This document shows positions 58,255-64,000 of a stretch of 64,000 bases of DNA, one piece after another. The position numbers and the translations under genes are program-made. Each line of letters begins with the position of its first letter. The first letter of the stretch is position 1. The notes under the pieces are model-generated. The model had not been told where the DNA came from. It was given only the letters and a program-made list of their open reading frames with translations, and ran no database searches. This DNA comes from an uncultured Spirochaetota bacterium (lineage in GTDB: Bacteria; Spirochaetota; Brevinematia; Brevinematales; JAOACQ01). Location: NCBI GenBank assembly GCA_963768055.1, contig CAVYGN010000001.1, positions 1,376,001 through 1,440,000 of the forward strand. The letters run 5' to 3'.

Positions 58255-59556
58255 ATGAATATAATACTTAAGGTTCAACACCTTTACAATAACAATGTGA
58301 TTTTCAAGCGGTTTCTCAAGATCTTCAGCGTCGACCTGCTTGTAAAATTGTCCGGTTTTATCCTTCTTCCCGTCTACCTCAAGCTTATGACCCAGGACGA
58401 ATTCGGGCTGTACGGTTATTTTCTTTCCATCATTGGCACTTTCGCCCTTGTCCTTAATTTCGGTTTTTATACTCCCCAGTCGAAGCTCTACCATGATTTT
58501 AAGGGCATGAGCCGCTCTACCCTGCTGTTCACCATAAATGCAATGCTCGTAATTTTCCTGGCCCTTGTTTTAGCGCCGCTATACCTCACGGGCGCCGATA
58601 AAAAAATAGTTTCTTTCCTTGTCGCTCAGCCCATTAGCTACGATAAATACAGGTGGATCGTTTTCGCCGCGATCCTGGTCTCGGTTTTTTCATCCATCCT
58701 TTACAACTTCTTTATGACGAGCGAAAAGATAGTAAAAGTCCAGACCTATAACGTTCTGAAACTTTTTCTCATCAACGGGCTGGCAGTACTTTTTTTAATT
58801 ATTTCAGGGCGGGACGGTGTTTTTATTCGCCTGGTTTTTACTTTCGGGACCGAGGGCGTAATACTGTTCTTCTTTTATTTTTTTTACATTTCCGAAATGC
58901 ATTTCCATTTCGACTTCGCGAAAGCTAAACGGGCGCTGGCCATGGCCGTTCCCGCCCTCCTTTCGGCTCTCATCGGCATTCTATACAACATCAGCGACAG
59001 GTTTTTCATAGCCCATTTCACAAAGGGATTTGCCAATATGGCCGTCTATAATGTAGGCGTGACGGTTGCCGGGATAATCGGGCTCATGTTTTCTTCTTTT
59101 AATAATATATGGATGCCGCTATTTTTTAAAGAAAAGGATATCCATGTCAATGACAGGAATACGGGCCGCGCTGCACTTGTTTTAACAGCGGTTTTTCTAT
59201 TCGTTTCAACGGGTCTTTTTATTATTACATGGGGACTCCTTTATGTTCATATCATCGATAAAAAGTATTCGGATGTCCTCAGACTTCTACCCCTGCTTTT
59301 CCTGGCTCAGATCATTCAATCCCTTGCTTTTTTGTATAATAATTATATGGCGTATTTTGAAAAAGTATTTATGGTCACTATCATCGGCGCGGCGGCGAGC
59401 ATCCTCATGCTTGTCCTGAATTACATATTGGTGCCGATGTGGAATATTTACGGGGCCGCTGTCGCTCTTGTTCTGGTTTCGTTTTTCACCCTTGCCTCTT
59501 TTTACACGCTGGCGCGCTTTTTCATCAGGTCGAATATGAAAGGAGCCTTGAAATGA
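58255..59556 (+). CDS. Wzx-like polysaccharide flippase (MOP superfamily)
   Basis: FILLPVYLKLMTQDEFG, SDRFFI and LNYILVPMWNIYGAA; many TM segments. Confidence 0.9.
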   Translation: MNIILKVQHLYNNNVIFKRFLKIFSVDLLVKLSGFILLPVYLKLMTQDEFGLYGYFLSIIGTFALVLNFGFYTPQSKLYHDFKGMSRSTLLFTINAMLVIFLALVLAPLYLTGADKKIVSFLVAQPISYDKYRWIVFAAILVSVFSSILYNFFMTSEKIVKVQTYNVLKLFLINGLAVLFLIISGRDGVFIRLVFTFGTEGVILFFFYFFYISEMHFHFDFAKAKRALAMAVPALLSALIGILYNISDRFFIAHFTKGFANMAVYNVGVTVAGIIGLMFSSFNNIWMPLFFKEKDIHVNDRNTGRAALVLTAVFLFVSTGLFIITWGLLYVHIIDKKYSDVLRLLPLLFLAQIIQSLAFLYNNYMAYFEKVFMVTIIGAAASILMLVLNYILVPMWNIYGAAVALVLVSFFTLASFYTLARFFIRSNMKGALK

Positions 59557-60827
59557 TAGAATTAAAGGATAAGCCTTACCGGAAGTTTAATTGCCCTAAA
59601 TGTTTTTCCGGCAATATAAAAGTCCTGGGTTCTGTTTTCCCCGGGATACATATACTCGCGGACTGCGAATGTACCGACTGCGGCTCTTCATTTTATCATG
59701 ATTTTCCTGTAGGCCATGCCCTGAATTATCCCTGTTCGCTGGATAAATCGACAGGCGAAGTCATAGATCCGAACCATATCGAGTGGTTTTCCGAGCCGCT
59801 TAAAGAAGGATTCCTTCATCCCGATAATGAGCCTCCGAAAGTCGAAATTAGAAAATTAAAAGAAAAAAAAGAGGCGGTCCTGCTTAATTGCCTGGATTAT
59901 CTCTACGGCCATGTCCTGCTTAAGCTTTTCAATGCCGTATATTATATAGATAACTTTCCTGATAAAGGTCTTGTCGTTATTATTCCAAAGGGATTCGAGT
60001 GGCTCCTGCCTGAAGGCATAAGCGAGGCATGGATTTTCGATATAAGGATTAAGGATGCTCGGAAATGGTACGCGGGTTTCAACCTCTTTGTCCAGGAACA
60101 GCTCCTGCGCTTTGAAAGGGTTTTTTTGAGCCTTGCTTTTTCACAACCCGATTTCTCGGAATTCGACATAAGCCGTTATACGGGCGTCAAACCTTTCGAT
60201 TTAAACAGATATAATGAAAACGATCCTTTTGTTACATTTATTTCCAGGGAAGACCGCTTGTGGTTTGCCTCGGGAAGCAGGCTGATTTTCTATAAAATAT
60301 TAAATAAACTGGGCTTAGGGAATTTATTCAGGAAGCATTTCCTTAAATGCCAGGCCCGTTCGATCAACAGGCTTGCTGCACTTATAAATAAGAAGATCCC
60401 GGGAATAAAATTCGCAGCCGCCGGCCTGGGCGTTACCGGCCGGCTGCTTCCATTTATCCTGGATTTCCGTACAAAAAAAATGACTCATGAAAAGGAAACG
60501 GCTTTATGCGGCCTTTATTCCCGTAGCAATGTCGTTATAGGCGTTCATGGCTCCAATATGATCCTTCCCACTGCGCTTGCCGCGGGCTTTGTCGAGATCC
60601 TTCCTGAGGACCGTTACGGCAATATACTCCAGGAAATAGGAAATCCGAATAAAGGGAGGGAGCTCTTTTTTTACGGGCGTTTGCTCTACGGCCATCCTTC
60701 GGAGGATGAAATATCCGGGTTAATTGCCTCAATGATCCTTGACCGGGAAGACTTCGACAGGGTTATAAACGCAAAATACCTGCGGCATGGCATATATGAG
60801 GATGTCAGCGCCTGGGAAAAGAAATAA
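59553..60827 (+). CDS. Hypothetical glycan-locus protein with N-terminal CxxC...CxxC and glycosyltransferase-like C-terminus
   Basis: Start MIELK overlapping the flippase stop; CPKC/CTDC; VIGVHGSNMILP resembles the GT61-type motif. Confidence 0.65.
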   Translation: MIELKDKPYRKFNCPKCFSGNIKVLGSVFPGIHILADCECTDCGSSFYHDFPVGHALNYPCSLDKSTGEVIDPNHIEWFSEPLKEGFLHPDNEPPKVEIRKLKEKKEAVLLNCLDYLYGHVLLKLFNAVYYIDNFPDKGLVVIIPKGFEWLLPEGISEAWIFDIRIKDARKWYAGFNLFVQEQLLRFERVFLSLAFSQPDFSEFDISRYTGVKPFDLNRYNENDPFVTFISREDRLWFASGSRLIFYKILNKLGLGNLFRKHFLKCQARSINRLAALINKKIPGIKFAAAGLGVTGRLLPFILDFRTKKMTHEKETALCGLYSRSNVVIGVHGSNMILPTALAAGFVEILPEDRYGNILQEIGNPNKGRELFFYGRLLYGHPSEDEISGLIASMILDREDFDRVINAKYLRHGIYEDVSAWEKK

Positions 60828-60828
60828 A

Positions 60829-60857
60829 TTGACAAACAAACCGACGGGTTTTATTCT
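60829..60857 (+). promoter_or_regulatory. Sigma-70 promoter
   Basis: TTGACA-N17-TATTCT. Confidence 0.6.
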
Positions 60858-60975
60858 ATTGAATTAAAAATTCAAGACCATGAAGATTTTATACTGTAAA
60901 ATAACCTCCAGGCGAACGAATAAAGCGTTAGCGCGGCTTTGCCATGTAAAGATTTCCGCAAAGAGTTTAATTGAT

Positions 60976-62595
60976 ATGTTTGAATTTATAAAAATATTCT
61001 ATAAAAAACATCCTTTGATTGTCTTTTTTTCTCCGGTAATTATATTTATAATAGTAGTGCTATTTATTGTTTTATCGGATGACAGCATCCTGTCGGGATT
61101 TTTACCCCTGATTTTAATATGTTTTATTATTCTCGCTTTAATTTTTTTGATGATAACGGTTATGACCGGTACGAAGAAATCGGGTACCATAAAATACCTC
61201 GCGCCTTTATTCATTGTAATGTTTATGGTTATGATTATCTGGATTTTTCAGCCGAGAATGAGAGATGATTTCGCAATATATCAATTTAATCCCCTTTATG
61301 CCTATACTCATTTTTCAGGGCGTTTTTCTCATATTTTTATCAACTCTATCGCCTTAATGAATAATATTACATTCGATATATTTAAAATCCTGAGATCCTT
61401 AATGTTTTTCTTTTGTATTTACCTCTCCCTTGTAATATCTTCAGGTAAATGGCTGCCGGCGACACGTCAAAGCATTATCTCTTTTCTCCTTGTTTTTTCA
61501 GCCCTATGGCTTGGGATCGGCAATATTCTCGCTCCGTCGATTTCCATTGTTTCAGGCAGTACGACATATCTTTATTCGGTTTTCTTCTGCCTTCTTTTTT
61601 TACTGCCCTACCGTTTCCACCTGAAGGCCATGGAGTTAAACGAATCTAATAATTCAGCCCTATGGGCCCTACCTTGCTGCCCCAAAGGGCTTGTCCCCGT
61701 AAGGGGGGCAGTTTTTAGAAGGGTCCTTAATTTAAATATTGCGCTTTCAATCGGTTTCTTTGTTTTTGGCATGATTTCCTCCGGTTTTCATGAGCAAATG
61801 TCGCTTCCGGTCCTCTTCTTCATCGCGGTATGGTTTTTTACAGCCGGGAAAGAAAAGAGGCCATTATGGCTCTACGCGGGTGCGGCAGGCTTTTTAATCG
61901 GGACAATCATTTCATTTACCGCTCCGGGTAATTTTAGCAGGCTCGGCAATGAACAGGCATATACGCTAAATCTGAGCCTTTCAGGAATAGAAAATAAAGT
62001 ATCCAATTATCTCATCTATCTTAAAAAATTATATTTTGACAGCATCCGGGAAAAATTATTGCCTTACCTGCTTATTTTTGTAGCTCTTTCAATGAAATTA
62101 CACCCTGAAAAAAATAAGGAAAAGGGCTTATTTTATCGATTTACTTTTGAAATATGGTTAATATTTTCACTCCTGAGCACATGGCCGTTTCTTTTTATTT
62201 CTCCCGATAGCTGGGGAGCGGATAGAACCTATTTTATTCCCCTGTTCCTATTAATTTTATCTTTTGCATCCCTTTTAAATAACCGGGAACAAAATTCCTT
62301 TAATGGAGGTATATTCAACATTCTTTTTTTTGCGCTTTTTATAGTCCTTTCCATCGATGGGATCGATTGCCTGCAAAAAGGCTATATGATAGGTTCAGTA
62401 TGGCATAACCGGGAGAAAAAGATCGAGGAATATAAAGCCTCCGGAGTTTTTAACGCTGTCGTCGACCCTTACCCCGATCCTCCCAGGACTATTTATATCA
62501 ATGATATCACAACAAATACAAACCTGAGCTGGGATAATGAAGTACCGGCTTCGTATTATAAGCTTAAAACTATCAGATTACGGATACCCCGGTAA
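60976..62595 (+). CDS. DUF6056-like polytopic membrane protein (possible GT-C)
   Basis: DDF...SGRF, SGSTTYL, FHEQ, APGNFSR and WDN...ASYYKL motifs; probable start MFEF at 60976. Confidence 0.75.
   Translation: MFEFIKIFYKKHPLIVFFSPVIIFIIVVLFIVLSDDSILSGFLPLILICFIILALIFLMITVMTGTKKSGTIKYLAPLFIVMFMVMIIWIFQPRMRDDFAIYQFNPLYAYTHFSGRFSHIFINSIALMNNITFDIFKILRSLMFFFCIYLSLVISSGKWLPATRQSIISFLLVFSALWLGIGNILAPSISIVSGSTTYLYSVFFCLLFLLPYRFHLKAMELNESNNSALWALPCCPKGLVPVRGAVFRRVLNLNIALSIGFFVFGMISSGFHEQMSLPVLFFIAVWFFTAGKEKRPLWLYAGAAGFLIGTIISFTAPGNFSRLGNEQAYTLNLSLSGIENKVSNYLIYLKKLYFDSIREKLLPYLLIFVALSMKLHPEKNKEKGLFYRFTFEIWLIFSLLSTWPFLFISPDSWGADRTYFIPLFLLILSFASLLNNREQNSFNGGIFNILFFALFIVLSIDGIDCLQKGYMIGSVWHNREKKIEEYKASGVFNAVVDPYPDPPRTIYINDITTNTNLSWDNEVPASYYKLKTIRLRIPR
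61638..61726 (+). mobile_element. MITE family 1 remnant translated in-frame inside the DUF6056-like gene
   Basis: GAATCTAATAATTC.GCCC.ATGGGCCCT and CTACCTTGCTGCCCCAAAGGGC...GTCCCCGTAAGGGGGGCAGTT.TTAGAAG match 20808-20960. Confidence 0.85.
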
Positions 62596-62609
62596 AGAGG
62601 TTTGCGGGC

Positions 62610-62942
62610 ATGAAAAAAAATGCAGTCGAAAGTTTTAAAAAACAGCTCGAATTCGCCGGGAAACACAATACTTTCAAGGACTGCCCCTATTATCCTTGCC
62701 ATAAAATCCGGGACGGCGAAGTACTGGACTGCACTTTCTGTTTCTGTCCCTTTTATCCTTGCAGGAATAAATTAGGGAAGGGGAACTGGATCTTTGATAA
62801 AAAGAGCGGGAAAATCTGGGATTGCAGTCTATGCGATTTTATCCATCGCGGAGATGTCGTAAGCAGGATTTTTGAATTATTGTATGAAAACAAAAAAATT
62901 TCACGGATAAAAAAAACGATCCGGAAGGAATTCTGCCGATAA
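62610..62942 (+). CDS. Cysteine-rich small domain protein
   Basis: CPYYPCH...DCTFCFCPFYPC...IWDCSLCDFIH. Confidence 0.85.
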   Translation: MKKNAVESFKKQLEFAGKHNTFKDCPYYPCHKIRDGEVLDCTFCFCPFYPCRNKLGKGNWIFDKKSGKIWDCSLCDFIHRGDVVSRIFELLYENKKISRIKKTIRKEFCR

Positions 62943-62948
62943 TCTAAT

Positions 62949-63097
62949 GGGCACTTCTAAAAACCGTCTTTTCATCGGGCAAGCCGATACAGGCAAGACG
63001 GTAAGGTAGCCCCCTTAGGGGACAAGTGCACCATAGGGCAATTTTTGGGAATTAAAATCTAATTGTTAAATAACAAAATTAGTTTTTAGAACAGCCC
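62949..63097. mobile_element. MITE family 1 copy with TAAT target duplication
   Basis: TAAT|GGGCACTTCTAAAAAC...GTTTTTAGAACAGCCC|TAAT. Confidence 0.82.
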
Positions 63098-63119
63098 TAA
63101 TAAAAAATACGAAGGTGTC

Positions 63120-63707
63120 ATGCCGCGAAAGCATTTTGTCATAGGCGTCGTTGGCAGGAGCGGCGCAGGTAAGTCCACCGTATCGAGAATTTTTCAGGGT
63201 GATTACGGGTTCACGATCATAGATGTCGATAAAATCGGGCATATTACCCTTGAAGAAAATTTACCGGGTGTTGTCGCTATTTTCGGATCGGCCGTCCTTA
63301 ATGAAAACAATGAGATAGACCGGGGACGGCTTGGAGATATAGTTTTTTCAGATCCTGAAAAGCTTAAGACGCTCAATTCCATTCTTCACAGCGATATGAA
63401 AAGAAAAATTGTGAAAATGCTCTCCACTGTTACAAATAAACTCATAGTTATTGACGCCGCCCTTCTTTTTGAAATTAAGCTCGACGATTTATGCGATTAT
63501 ATAGTGGCAATAGAAGCTCCCGAGGGAAAAATAAGGGACAGGCTCAGGAAAAGCAGGAATTGGGACCCCGGCAGAATAGACAATATTCTCAAATCCCAGG
63601 AAAAATCTCCCTTCAGGAAGCAGGATGTCGATTACGTTTTTTTTAATAACGCGGACGAGGATAAACTTCGAAAACAGGTTGAGTTTTTCATCCTCGCGGT
63701 TTTGTAG
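63120..63707 (+). CDS. coaE: Dephospho-CoA kinase
   Basis: GRSGAGKSTV, IDVDKIGH, IDRGRLGDIVF and DAALLFE. Confidence 0.95.
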   Translation: MPRKHFVIGVVGRSGAGKSTVSRIFQGDYGFTIIDVDKIGHITLEENLPGVVAIFGSAVLNENNEIDRGRLGDIVFSDPEKLKTLNSILHSDMKRKIVKMLSTVTNKLIVIDAALLFEIKLDDLCDYIVAIEAPEGKIRDRLRKSRNWDPGRIDNILKSQEKSPFRKQDVDYVFFNNADEDKLRKQVEFFILAVL

Positions 63708-63741
63708 TTCTCAATGAAAATCACAGGGGGACCGGCAACTA

Positions 63742-63792
63742 ATCTTCCGCGAAGTCACGCTAAGATTCGCTAATTCGCGTGTCTTGGCGGAT
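63742..63792. repeat. Inverted repeat family 2 copy
   Basis: ATCTTCCGCGAAGTCACGCTAAG...TTCGCGTGTCTTGGCGGA. Confidence 0.7.
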
Positions 63793-63823
63793 TTCCTCAA
63801 AATAGTATTTAGGTGGTAAAATT

Positions 63824-64000
63824 ATGTTGATTAAAAAAAATTTTATATTCATCTCAATTTTATTCGCTTTATATTCAATCCTGATCACAGCTTGCTCGCT
63901 TTACCAGAAACCGGTTTCGGGAGCTTCACCGGTCGTGAAGGTTCTCCTTTACCGCGGCGGCACTGTTTCATTAAAACCTATAGGAAATTATATCCTGTCT
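63824..64000 (+). CDS. 5' end of a probable lipoprotein (runs off the window)
   Basis: AGGTGG RBS then MLIKKNFIFISILFALYSILITAC-SLYQK..., open to 64000. Confidence 0.65.
   Translation, partial: MLIKKNFIFISILFALYSILITACSLYQKPVSGASPVVKVLLYRGGTVSLKPIGNYILS

Overview
Bacterial chromosomal window, most likely from a spirochaete (inferred from the gene set: rplU-prp-rpmA, a DUF1577/PilZ-like protein, a TPR-NHL-vWA protein, a LIC_10190-like membrane protein and FlgI; the sequence alone does not prove this). Bases 1 to about 7300 are the right part of an AT-rich integrated element. It carries a tyrosine integrase, an excisionase-like HTH, a gene II/X-type replication protein and two tandem small-terminase-like (DUF5681-type) paralogues. 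Directly downstream of those paralogues lie 14 helically phased T-tracts and a GC hairpin, so it may be a phage satellite. Two copies of an IS3-family element with unusual 7-bp end extensions each interrupt a gene in it. The rest is mostly housekeeping and envelope genes: queD, dnaE, ruvB, rpsT, HU, mltG, rpmA/prp/rplU, flgI, glyS, plsY, gatA, gmd, fcl, ruvA, radA, skp, bamA, tamB and coaE. It also holds a lipoprotein/FecR/beta-barrel/CHASE2-adenylate-cyclase cluster and glycan genes. Non-coding signals include a perfect sigma-54 promoter in front of an ORF-less ~60-nt candidate sRNA, a modular MITE family with 4-bp target duplications (one remnant read in-frame inside a gene), three other short inverted-repeat families and an aspartic protease pseudogene. 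Exported proteins are visibly enriched in Thr-Asn dipeptides. No tRNA, rRNA or CRISPR array was recognised.
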